From Macrostomum hystrix (lineage: Eukaryota > Animalia > Platyhelminthes): a DNA stretch of 64,000 nt. The stretch covers positions 12,400,001 to 12,464,000 of the forward strand of contig CATNEN010000003.1 of the NCBI GenBank assembly GCA_950097015.1, read 5' to 3'. Made by a program: the position numbers and the translations under genes. Below are positions 43,601 to 55,100 of the stretch, one piece after another (the first letter of the stretch is position 1; the number at the start of each line of letters is the position of its first letter). The notes under the pieces were generated by a model. That model was not told the origin of the DNA, made no database searches, and worked only from the letters and a program-made list of their open reading frames with translations.

Positions 43601-46600
43601 CTCTGACTCCTGAGCACACACGCACACAGATGCTGTACACAGGCACTCGCTCACACAAGTGTGTACATCTGGCCTGATTTTCTCATCCTCAAGCAGTGTA
43701 TACTCTCACTGTGCCTTGGATGCGGCCCCCAAGCCTTCTCTCCGCGGCTGCACCTCATATGAATATGGCCTCGCCGCGGAATTCCCTAATTGGGTCCGAT
43801 GTACAGCCGCATCTGAAGTCTGCGTAGGACAGTTCAGTCCATGGACTGGGGGGACGCCGCACCAACCCTCGATTATCCCAGCTAATGCTGGTACCCATTA
43901 AACAGCTGGGTGAACAGAAGAAACGCGGAGTCCAGTGTCTTGATAAAATACACAAGTTGCTCCAGTGGAGTCATGAATCGAACCCTCGACCTTTAAGTCG
44001 TGAGTCGGTCACTCTAATCACTAGACTACATATTATTTCATATAATTAACTTGATCACTGAATAAAGAATAGACAGAAATATCATTTATCTCACTGTTAT
44101 GATAAAGAAACACAAAAAACCTGAGCCGAAAAAAACTTTTCAACAATGCCACAGGCTACAAGAGTCGCCTACGCAGCCTTCAGCAGCAGCAACAGCAGCG
44201 TCAGCAGCAGCAACAGCAGCAGCAGCAGACGCAGGGTGTTGGAATACTACCAATTGCCATCGCTGAACGAATCCGTCGCAGACGCTGTTTCGCTGATAGT
44301 TCCCTAAATTTGCCGTTCGCAATGATGGCAGCCGCAGTTGCGGCAACACCAGCTCCTACTACTAGTAGCATAGTAGGAAGGAGCTTGGGTTCGTCTCTGA
44401 TATTGCCACCACCGATGCCTGCTCCATTGCAAACTGACGCAATGGATCTCAGCCTAACCAAAGATCATCAGGCGACATCAACTGTTGAACCAGCGACAAA
44501 TAAATCAAGTCAAAGGCTTTCTAATTTCTCCGTGGATGCAATATTGGCAAGAAGTTGAGAGCAGTAATTGAACGATTTCGATACACGAAGCTTCGCTTCG
44601 ATTCATACTACTTGTTAGTACAAAAGATAGCAAAAAATGTTTTATGGCTTTTTCATATGCGTAGGTTTTTACAATACGGACATTAGATTATGATTACTAA
44701 CCATCGAATGACCAACTAGCACGATGGAGAACTTGGCACGATTTGAATACAGAGACTCAATTTGGTCAATAGCGTGCCGGACAAAGTCTACAATTTTTTT
44801 AACAATATGATGCTGATTAAATAATTTGCGTGCTATGTAAATATGTCTACTTAGCCAATATTAACAGTTTTATTTATTTTAAGAGTCGACAGTTTAAAAT
44901 AAAATTATAAAGCAAAAGAAAAACTCACCACTTTGACGAAACAAAAACGGACCGTGAAGTGCGGAAAATTCCTGTAAACGGTTTGATCCAGATATGCTAA
45001 ATAAAAAATGGACAATTCAAATGTACATCATCCTACTAATTATTGTCAGAATGTCAGTGAGAGTAGTATAAACTGGAAAATTACATACGCTATTTAAGTC
45101 AACAGCGAAGCAGTCAAATCTGGTCTTGATGCCTAGACTCTTGCGCATCTGTAGGGCCACTGACGCCAGCGAACGGACCTGCTTGTGACTGCCATCGTTG
45201 CCAGGAATGAATAGAAGAGGCGAGCCTTCAAAGATGCTTCTACTGACTGGCTCGGACTGACTGCAATTCAAGTAATCAGGAGGGCAGATCAGAGGTCAGG
45301 GGAGATAACATTCGGCAGATCAAAGGTCAGGGCAGATAACAGCCGGCAGATCAAAGGTCAGGGTAGATAACAGTCGGCAGATCAAAGGTCAGGGTAGATA
45401 ACAGTCGGCAGATCAAAGGTCAGGGTAGATAACAGTCGGCAGATCAAAGGTCACAGTAGACAACAGTCGGCAGATAAAAGGCCAAGGCAGACAACAGTCG
45501 GCAGATCAAAGGTCAGGGTATATAACAGTCGGCAGATCAAAGGTTCGGGTAGAAAACAGTCGGCAGATCAAAGGTCACAGTAGACAACAGTCAGCAGATA
45601 AAAGGCCAAGGCAGACAACATTCGGCAGATCAAAGGTCAGGGCAGATAACAGTCGGTAGTTCAAAGGTCAGGCCAGATAACAGTCGGTAGTTCAAAGGTC
45701 AGGCCAGATAACAGTCGGTAGTTCAAAGGTCAAGGTAGATAACAGCCGGCATATCAAATGTCAGGGTAGATAACAGTCAGTAGTTCAAAGGTCAGTGCAG
45801 ATAACAGTCGGCAGATCAAAGGTCAGGGCAGATAACAGTCGGTAGTTCAAAGGTCAAGGTAGATAACAGTCGGTAGTTCAAAGGTCAAGGTAGATAACAG
45901 TCGGTAGTTCAAAGGTCAAGGTAGATAACAGTCGGTAGATCAAAGGTCATGGTAGATAAAAGTTGGTAGATTAAAGGTTAGAGCAAGGTAACAGTTGACA
46001 TAACAAAGGTTAGTGCCCAGAAAAGGTTAGGGCAGAAAATAGTAGGCAGATCAAATGTAGGGCAGATAAAAGCTGTTAAATAAAGTGCTATGACCTGTGT
46101 TTGCTGATTAGGATTAACAAGGATCCTCCAATCACAGAATCTAAGATGAATAATTTTAAACAACAAAAGCATATAGCACTTATAAAAAATAACTCACCCT
46201 TCAGTGTAGATAAACAAATTATACTGTGGAAACTTTCTTCTCACAGATTGTGGAAGTGGGACAGGCTAAAATGATATGACATGATATGAATGATGTAAGT
46301 GAAAGCAAGTAATTTCAACCATAGACTTAGACAATACTTTTAACTTTATTTATTCTATAAATTATGGTTGTTTTGTAATGAGCTACTGACAATAAATATT
46401 TGCCACTCAGTGTTGGGCACAATTCAGATACTCTGATACTATTGGCAATACTTTTTGGGTATCGGAGTATTGGAAGCTGATAATTTTTGGCAGTATTTAC
46501 TTACACCAATTAAGCTAGTCAGGGCCTATAGGCTGTATATAAAATAATCAATTATATACTTCTTTATAGACTCAAAAGCTGGTAAATTAGTAAGGTCCTT

Positions 46601-46913
46601 TCTATAACTGTTCCATAAATACAAAAATATTTGTAGATATAAGTACACTGGTTAAGTGAGGAACTAGCTCAGATACAAACTGAGCTATGATCCTCGGTTT
46701 ATTTAAGCAACAGGATCATAAAAGTCAATTTATTGCACATTTCAGATAAATAAAATAGTTTAGCAGTATACTTACAATGTATTCCGGATATTGCAACATG
46801 TATGTCATGTCGCACTTGTTGTACTCAACATCGAAAACAAAGCTATACAAGCTAACTAAAAAGAAAACTATGGTAAGGATCAAAAATGCAAAAACTACTA
46901 GATGAAGTTTCAT
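25642..46913 (-). CDS. PGAP1: GPI inositol-deacylase PGAP1/Bst1, spliced, ~1000 aa
   Basis: Minus-strand exons: 46913-46776 (TM + [14 protein letters not shown]), 46265-46198, 45260-45089 ([20 protein letters not shown]), 44971-44929, 44787-44702 (VLVGHSM), 37723-37627 ([14 protein letters not shown]), 34513-33723 ([24 protein letters not shown]), 30710 (or 30683)-30162, 29482-29030, 28386-28076, candidate microexon 28010-27996, terminal 25948-25642 (least certain). All phases are compatible, and the lipase GHSMG is formed across a splice junction. Confidence 0.92.
26040..27960. repeat. Minisatellite, 21/19-bp unit CACTCTCATACTCCCACTCTT
   Basis: ~93 copies, no G on the + strand; contains an 801-bp higher-order duplication. 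Confidence 0.97.
28452..29023. repeat. Minisatellite, 20/24-bp unit TGTCAGGTGAGTGAGTAAGG
   Basis: Begins ~6 bp from the PGAP1 donor at 29029. Confidence 0.95.
29625..30152. repeat. Degenerate ~20-21-bp minisatellite GGGTGTCAGAAGACCTAGGAG
   Basis: Abuts the PGAP1 donor at 30161. Confidence 0.85.
31060..33548. repeat. 68-bp satellite with three CCCTAA motifs per unit
   Basis: Unit CCCTAACCTTATGACCCAGTAATCCCTAACAACATATCCAAAAATCCCTAATTCCGAATCCCAATCAT, ~36 copies. Confidence 0.97.
34626..35586. repeat. Minisatellite, 20/21-bp unit TTTTAGATTCCTACTGACAA
   Basis: ~48 copies. Confidence 0.96.
37117..37278 (+). mobile_element. SINE family A, 5' half
   Basis: TAGCCTAGTGG / GGTTCGATTCC boxes followed by TTGGCAAGGCACTTAAC..CACCCAGCTG..CAGTCCATGGACT. 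Confidence 0.8.
37450..37570 (+). promoter_or_regulatory. Candidate Dmrt promoter with opposed CCAAT boxes
   Basis: ATTGG at 37474 and CCAAT at 37518 in a locally GC-richer patch 200-300 bp upstream of the inferred Dmrt ATG. Confidence 0.35.
37759..44558 (+). CDS. Dmrt2/Dmrt11E: DM-domain transcription factor, Dmrt2/Dmrt11E class, 272 aa, nested antisense in a PGAP1 intron
   Basis: Exons 37759-37851 (ATG..KRK|gtaaga), 39841-40004 ([51 protein letters not shown]), 43208-43365, 44155-44558 ([21 protein letters not shown] resembling Dmrt2 DRMRKRRAFAD, C-terminal FSVDAIL, TGA). Total 819 nt, phases 0/2/1 all match. The first exon is inferred from phase and donor quality. Confidence 0.92.
38038..38390. 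repeat. Degenerate purine-rich repeat, ~16-17-bp unit GAGAGATAAGACAGAG
   Basis: In Dmrt intron 1. Confidence 0.8.
39686..39773 (+). mobile_element. SINE family A, tRNA head only
   Basis: GGGAGTTGTAGACTAGTGGTTATAGCG..GGTTCGATTCCC..GGAACAATTGTG; ~70 bp upstream of the DM exon acceptor. Confidence 0.7.
40105..41530. repeat. Pyrimidine minisatellite, ~31-bp unit CCCTCTCTCTCCCCTCATTCTTGTTTCTCCA
   Basis: ~46 copies, ~100 bp after the DM exon donor. Confidence 0.96.
43555..44030 (-). mobile_element. tRNA-derived SINE family A, near-full-length copy
   Basis: A box TAGTCTAGTGA, B box GGTTCGATTC, CORE-like body (CAAGACACT..TTCACCCAGCTGTTTAATGGGTACC), central CAGTCCATGGACTG; 3' half shared with the copies at 11686 and 5729. 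Confidence 0.8.
45282..46070. repeat. Minisatellite, 31-bp unit GGCAGATCAAAGGTCAGGGTAGATAACAGTC
   Basis: ~25 copies filling PGAP1 intron 2. Confidence 0.95.
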
Positions 46914-47520
46914 TATTTATTTTCGCGTACGTTATCTTAGCTTGGCTTTATTAATTAGAAGGGTGCAGATAACTGACAAGATTGATGAGAAAGTAGTGAA
47001 AATGAAAATTTTATGTGGTGCTTACGCTTCTCATGAACTTTTATTATATAACATATATACCGTCGTAATTTAATGAACGAAACCTAACATTAAGCTCAAA
47101 AATGCACAAATTTCGCCTAAAATTCAGACATGTACGTACATGAGGTCTATTAAAATTTCTTAAAAGCGTGCGGATCCTTGGAATTAAAAAAAATCGCGCT
47201 GCGCTGCAGTACTGTTAATAAATAACCTATTTAAGGACATCAAAAGCAAAACAAACAACATCCAAGCAGGTTTTTTAATAAAAAGACATAAAGCAAAAAA
47301 AAATTGTTTTTGTGTTTTTCTTTGTTTTATTCAGAACCATTTTGTGCAAAATTAAAAAACAACAACCAACAACTAACTATATATAATAAAATTCAGCTAC
47401 AATATCAATAATCCGACTTCGTTCCTCTTCTGCCGTCCATGTGACTTTACAAACTTTTAGAGGAGACCTGTTTGAGTCTGCTTGTGTTCCTTGACAGTCA
47501 AGGACAAGACGGTAGAATGT
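46914..47520. promoter_or_regulatory. Candidate bidirectional promoter PGAP1/RNF123
   Basis: Divergent start codons (46913 -, 49200 +); 14-bp palindrome CATGTACGTACATG at 47129-47142; acceptor-like CTCCAG at 49183 suggests a 5'UTR intron in RNF123. Confidence 0.35.
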
Positions 47521-48287
47521 TACTATTTGAAGTTTTTGAAATTTAAATATAATTTTACAGTTACTTATTAACAGGCTTATATTATAAACAAACATGCCAT
47601 TGCTCTAAGTTTTATCCATTAATTTAGCAATGTTTTTTAGTTAAGTTCATTTATTAATAAAAAAATTTTGTAGCCTCTTGGCATTACATTATGGGAGCTC
47701 AGTTGAGTAGAGACAGAGTCAGTAGACAGTGAAGCAAGTTGCAACTAGGGTTGGGTTGGTTGCTCCCCTCCCCACTGCTGTTTTTATTTTCAAGACATGA
47801 TGCAGCAGCTACTACTTATAAAGCACCCTTTATAAGCAGTTATAAATAATTAAAAAAACTGTGAGCTATAGGATAGTTAACAATCTGGCAAAAAAGGAAA
47901 ACTGACTATATCATAGATTAGGCTCTAGTAGACTATAAATGACTAGGCTAACTTGTATATTGGCAGATTAAAAGGTGGCAGACAAAATGACAGTCAAACA
48001 CTTAAACTAGCAGTTTTTGTGGCTAGATGATTAGGGCCTATTTCATTATATGTCACTCCATGCTATGTTATGCTGCCTATCTATTAGCACTAAATTTGTC
48101 AACCCAATTGATAAAAAACAGCTGAAAAGTTTACTTAGATCTGTTGCCTAGGGGCCCTAAATTGGGTCTAAACTCTAACGTCAGTTATGTTAACAGTTAG
48201 CTATTCTTTATTAGTTGTGCTAGGCTTAATGGTCCCAGGTCATTTCGGTGACGACATTTTGGTGACAGAATTGGTCAGTTTGGTGAC

Positions 48288-48613
48288 AACTATTTTTGCA
48301 CCTAAATATGCTGAGAAAACAGCCTTCCACAATCCAGCAGCTGCTTAAAGCCTGCACTCGCCTTGTCAATCCAAAACTTGAAAAATGATTATTATACATA
48401 TTTAATTAGGAATGAATAACTGTTGAAACTATTGACTACCTATTAAATAATTTAATAATTTGACTCTAATTTTTATTTAAAATAAAACCCAGACATAATC
48501 AGAGCGATGTAGCTTCTTATTAATACTTATAGCATTATTTAATTAATACTTTATAAGTGTGCATAGTTAAAATGGAAGGCTGTTTTTTAGCATATTTAGG
48601 TGCAAAAGTAGTT
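48288..48613. mobile_element. MITE-like element with ~42-bp inverted repeats
   Basis: AACTATTTTTGCACCTAAATATGCTGAGAAAACAGCCTTCCA (48288-48329) matches the reverse complement of 48573-48613 with few differences; AT-rich interior. Confidence 0.6.
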
Positions 48614-49199
48614 ATAATCCCTAATGGAGCGAATTAAAAAAAGCTGTGGACACTCCTGCTAGGCGCGCAGGTGTGTAGTTGGTTTGAAGAAAAAGAGCAC
48701 AAATCTGCAATTGCTATATATCTTCAGTCTAACTCAATGTAGTAATTGATTTCATGAAAAAATGTCAAAAGACCTTTTTTTGATCTCCGTAGTGTATTTC
48801 TAAAAATAGAACAGCTAAGGTTGTCTTTTTGTACTCGGGCAATGAGGAGCATGTATTCGTGTAGGGGCACAAGGGCACACTGCACTGTCTGTTATACATC
48901 TATATACTTACAACAACTTTACACACACAAGGCGTGGCCGCACAGACAGGAATTTCTTTCTGCACAGCCACACAGGCAATTTTTCACAAGCGCGCTGGAT
49001 GCTGTCCGCAAAAACCCCTATTGGCTCCAATAGAGATTGAAGTAGGCATATGCATACAAATTAAGAAATATAATTAATGTTTCATTTTCATGCATTTAAT
49101 TTTGTTATAAAACCATTATCATAAAATTTAACTGGCCATTACAGCACAAATCAATACTGAACATTGCTGCTTGCAATCTCCAGTGTACTGTACACTACA

Positions 49200-52100
49200 A
49201 TGTCAGATTCAACTTTATTTACACAAGCCGACCATGATGCACTACTTAATCACGTCTTTCCTGAACTTCTCAATGACTCAAAGTAAGTGGGCATATATTT
49301 ATTATCCATATTTTATTCACACAAACAATAAGCACTAGTTATATTTTAATGCTTTAATTTTTCTTTCTTTTCAGATCGTCAGAATTGACATTAGCCAATT
49401 TAACTGGTTATGTACAACAAGCTATACTAGATTCTATTGATGATGCTAAAATCGACTGTAAGTGCTCATTTAAAATGTTCTGATATATTTCTATAATAAT
49501 ATTTATCAACTTAATGATGAGAAAACTAGTCTCGTTCGTTTGAATGTAAAACCGGCCACCTTTGCGCACCTTAGAATTAAAACAATTCTCTCGTGTGTTT
49601 TAGTTCGGCTAGTTTTACCTTTTGATATTTGCTAAAACTCTGAGTATATTTCAAGACTACTTTTAGTAGTATATTAGAAAACGAATTTACTAATATGATT
49701 CAAGCAGCATCCTGGTAATATTGCAGCCACCCTGAAAGCTTTCAATAATGGTCGCCTCGGTCCATCGCGTGTACTATTAGACACTGAGACAAATATCGGC
49801 GGCCAGGTTTTATTGGATCAACGCCGACAGCTTGTAGTTGGACATAGTTCGTTTAGTACGGCCAGAGCTAATTGTTGTGTGTTCAGCGACAAATGGTGCT
49901 ACGAGGTTCGATTAGCCACAGCTGGCCTTTTACAGGTTGGCTGGTGTACTTTAAGATGCACTTTTTCTAGAGAGGTGCGGATCTGTCTGATTTTAAATTC
50001 AATCTATTTTCTTTATAAATTATAAATACAAAGACAGTTAATTTTTTCAAATCGAAAATTTTTTCAGAACGGTGTTGGCGACACACCAAACTCATTCGCT
50101 TACGACGGTTCACGAGTGCGAAAATGGAACGCTAAATTTGGCACTTACGGCGAGGTTAGTTATTTGGCTTTATTGTTGCTGTTGTACTTAGTGAGATCCC
50201 GCTAAAAAATAGGGATGTTTCTTTGGGTGATTCCAGTTGGAATCTGCGGTGTTTCCAGAAAAAGAAACAGCCGACCGCTGGAAACATACCAATCGTATGA
50301 TTCCATGTTTAGAATCTACCCAACTGGGCGTTTTCTCGGTGCTTCTTGGTGGCGAAATGGAATCACCCAAAGAATCCTCCAGTTCGGAAGATTCCATGCT
50401 CAGAAACCGCCGAGGAATCGCCCGTAAATAATTCTCTGGTTGTCCCATGGGCCACTGGTTCGGGTGATTCTTCGGCGGTTTCCGCACAATTTACGGTTAC
50501 ATCGGATCGGCTGCTTCCTGGGTGGTTTCTTTAACTCTTGCGAGATAGGGGGGATTTTGGTAGATTCCACTCCTATTTTGCACAAAAACCCGCCGAAGAA
50601 GCAGCCGAATTTTTTACAGGGATTAAAGCAACGTAGCAATATACACTTGTATTTGTATCCAAAAAACAAACAACGCGAGAACGAGATAGAGGGGCCTAGA
50701 GAGGTGCGAAAAGGTGGCGTGACTTCGCCAAACCCAGGCTTTGCGAGCCGCCGTCAGGAGCTCCAACGCCGTCAAGAGCGCCTTTGCCATCGCCTGCCTC
50801 AGAAAAAATCCACAGCCATGACAATTTGGCACGCAGAGACGGATGCTTTTTTCATCGGAGAGAGTGGCCAACGAGACTGGGTCGTAGTTCTGCAAATAAG
50901 TTGTAATAGCGGTCCACAATCAATCACATTAGATAAATAAGCATCTAAACTGTGATTCCAAGGCATTCTCTATAGCATGAAAAGTAGTATGTACAAATTT
51001 ACATTTAATTACATTTATACTTACTGCCATGTTCAATTGACCGTAGTAATTATCTGAAATTGGAGGAATATCGAATATATTACTGTACTTAAAGCTGTTT
51101 AAATAATTCAGACAAGCCAAAAGCCTATTATGCCAGAAACTTTCGATATAACTAGCAATTTCCTTACAAGTAATTACTGTAATGTTCAGTTTACAAGCTT
51201 GTTAAATTATGTTACACTGCTTGTCCCATGGGAAATCATTAGTCGCATCTACTTATGACCTGAAAAACTTCAACATCCTTATAAAATTTGCTTTTTCAGC
51301 AATGGTCGCCACACGACATCATAGCCTGCTGCATCGACTGCGACGAGGGTACAGTGACATTTTATCGCAACGGTCGCTGCCTTGGCATTGCCTTCGACAA
51401 CATTCGCCTGGGTCCGGGCGTAGCCTATTTTCCTGCATTGAGTTTGGCTCGCGGACAAGCCGCATTCATCAACTTTGGCGATGTGCCCTTTGCGTGAGTT
51501 ACTTTCAATTAGATCATTTGTCTGTTAAGGATTCTTAATCGTACAGTTATCCCTTTCCCTAAATCCTCATAAAATTTTTATTTGTTATTTCCTTCACTAT
51601 TCTTCAGCAGGTCATCAATTATCCCCTTCCCTGAATCCATCAGCAGGTCATCAATTATCCCCTTCCCTGAATCCACCAGCAGGTCATCAATTATCCCCTT
51701 CCCTGAATCCATCAGCAGGTCATCAATTATCCCCTTCCCTGAATCCATCAGCAGGTCATCAGTTATCCCCTTCCCTGAATCCATCAGCAGGTCATCAATT
51801 ATCCCCTTCCCTGAATCCATCAGCAGGTCATCAGTTATCCCCTTCCCTGAATCCATCAGCAGGTCATCAATTATCCCCTTCCCTGAATCCATCAGCAGGT
51901 CATCAATTATCCCCTTCCCTGAATCCATCAGCAGGTCATCAGTTATCCCCTTCCCTGAATCCATCAGCAGGTCATCAGTTATCCCCTTCCCTGAATCCAT
52001 CAGCAGGTCATCAATTATCCCCTTCCCTGAATCCATCAGCAGGTCATCAGTTATCCCCTTCCCTGAATCCATCAGCAGGTCATCAATTATCCCCTTCCCT

Positions 52101-55100
52101 GAATCCATCAGCAGGTCATCAATTATCCCCTTCCTTGAATCCATCAGCAGGTCCTCAATTATCCCCTTCCCTGAATCCATCAGCAGGTCATCAATTATCC
52201 CCTTCCCTGAATCCATCAGCAGGTCATCAGTTATCCCCTTCCCTGAATCCATCAGCAGGTCATCAATTATCCCCTTCCCTGAATCCATCAGCAGGTCATC
52301 AATTATCCCCTTCCCTGAATCCATCAGCAGGTCATCAATTATCCCCTTCCCTGAATCCATCAGCAGGTCATCAATTATCCCCTTCCCTGAATCCATCAGC
52401 AGGTCATCAATTATCCTCTTCCCTGAATCCATCAGACCATCAATTATCCCCTTTCCTGAATCCATCAGCAGGTCATCAATTATTCCCTTCCCTGAATCCA
52501 TCAGCAGGTCATCAGTTATCCCATTCCATGAATCCATCAGCAGGTCATCAATTATCCCCTTCTCTGATTATTGTTTATTATTGTTTGTTAGTTTATATTG
52601 ATTAACAATACATGTCTGAGCGTTTAACATAAAAAATTCCTTGCAATCTACTAGTCTACTATCAGTAATCAGGTCCCGTTTTTTGGCAACTTAAATCGTA
52701 CAAAATACCATTGCAGCTACCCGATGCCAGAAGGCTATCGCCCGCTGCAGGCGCCGCCACTGCGCCTAGAAGCTCGAGTGGCGCCAATCCTTGCTCACCT
52801 AGAACGCCTGATTCCACTGGCGGCCGATACGCGTAAAGATGCGCAATCAACTACTACTAGTAATGCCGCTGCTACTTCAAGTAGTGTCACAGCTGAAACT
52901 GCCTATCAGACAGGTAATATGGCTTCTGTGTCGGCTTCTTCTGCTGCTGCTAGTGCTTCGACTGCTGTCGCTGCGTCTAGTACTAGCGAAGGTCGGAGTC
53001 GGGATTCTACCTGCTGGCTAATAGCATCACACCTGGTGCCACTGATTGAACAAGGACTAGTGAGTTTCGTTTGCTCCTGTTTATATACCATCCATCCACT
53101 CTACCTTTCTCTACTCTCTATCTCTCCACTACTATTATGACTATTGTCTATAGAAAGCAATGATGAGAATTGTCTCGTTCGTTTGAATTCAAATCCTAAT
53201 ATGGAAATTTGACGCTTATTGGCTTTCGTTGTATTTTAAGCCAGTGAATTTTTGTTAAATTTCCATTGATGAATTTGATATTTTGATATCGAATAAATCT
53301 TCTGAACTTTTACATTTTGTATGTACATTTATCACCAACTAAAGCCGTTTTTAGTATTTAGCTGAGTAAATCTATGTAAATCATTGCAGACATGCGACTA
53401 CACTGTTGCCAAATATATTCTACCATTGATGGTCAAATTTAGCGACATTGACTGCCTACCTCAGGCCAGGCAATGCCACCTGGAGGTCATTGTGCAGTAC
53501 ATTTGCACTTTTTTACAGGTAAGCTTGTTAATATGATGAATAATATTTTCAAATTAAATTTTCACCCACTATAATTCGTCTAACTTGGTTGGTTTTCAGC
53601 GCGAATCTTGCGAACGCGCCCTATCCTGCATAGTATCAGCCCTATTCGCTAGCTGTCACCTTAATCCTAGTCCGGACTATGCGCATCAGAGAACCTGCCT
53701 GACTATCTTATTGGCCATGTTGCGTCACAGTTGCGCCAGGCGCTATTTGATCGCTTCTGTATTGTTTGACATTGTGGAACTGCCCGTATTCTGCTTTGTC
53801 AATCCGCTGCCGGAGCTTGTCTTCACTAAGGAACCATATATATTTGTGAGTTAAAAGCTATCGTTACACTGTTCTGCTTCTGTTCGATTGAATATATGTT
53901 TAGAAAACCCGTTTCTGTAAGGCAGGACCCGTTTCTGTTAGACAGCAGTAACCCGTTTGAACCCGTTTCTGTAAGGCAGGATCCGTTTCTGTTAGACAGG
54001 ACCTGTTTCTGTTAGACAGGGCCCGTTTCTGTTAGACATGACCCGTTTCTGTTAGACAGAGTCCGTTTCTGTTAGACAGGGCCCGTTTCATGTTAGACAG
54101 AGTCCGTTTCTGTTAGACAGGACCCGTTTCTGTTAGACAGGACCCGTTTCTGTTAGACAGAGTCCGTTTCTGTTAGACAGGGCCCGTTTCTGTTAGACAG
54201 GACCCGTTTCTGTTAGACAGAGTCCGTTTCTGTTAGACAGGGCCCGTTTCTGTTAGACAGAGTCCGTTTCTGTTAGACACGGCCCGTTTCTGTTAGACAG
54301 GACCCGTTTCTGTTAGACAGAGTCCGTTTCTGTTAGACATGTCTAGCAAAGATATTCTCCGCCAAACATTCAGGAGGACTCACAGCGCGAGAAGTACTAC
54401 AGTACGCCGCACTCGACTCCATGCGTGTCTTGGCGCCTCGGTCCAGCTGCCCAGAGTCGCCTAGCCGACTATCAAGCCAGCTGTAGTCGAGTTGAAGATC
54501 TCGTACAGGAGCTATTGCGCACCCTAATGAGTCACTCGGATGGCACACTGGCTATACTAGCCGAGAAGTTACACGAATTCGTTAGGGACAATATGTCGCC
54601 GGATACAATAAGCCAACAGCCGGCTGTATTGCGCGATTGCTGTCCGCAGACTGTTATGCCGTCATTTTTTCACGCTTTAGTAAAAGCGCTTCAGACTAAA
54701 TGGAATTGCACGCCTGAGATGGCAGTGAGTTTACGAAACCTGTTTTGTGCTATCAGTTAGCTTCTGTCTCGTTTAAGGAATTTTAAGTTATGGCTAAGTA
54801 ATCGCAGTTACCTGAGATATTCCCCATTAGTTTATAAAATTACCTATTTCCTTCTCTAATCCGTTTTCACTGCTCAGATCCCTATTCACTTCTCGAATCT
54901 CTATTCACCTCGCAGATCCCTATTCACTGCTCAAATCCCTATTCACTTTTCAAATCCCTATTCACCGGTCAGATCCATATTTTCTGCTCAAATCCCGATT
55001 CACTTCTCAAATCCCTATTCACTGCTCAAATCCCTATGCGCTGCTCAAATCCCTATTCACTTCTCAAATCCCTATTCACCGCGCAAATCCATATTTACTG

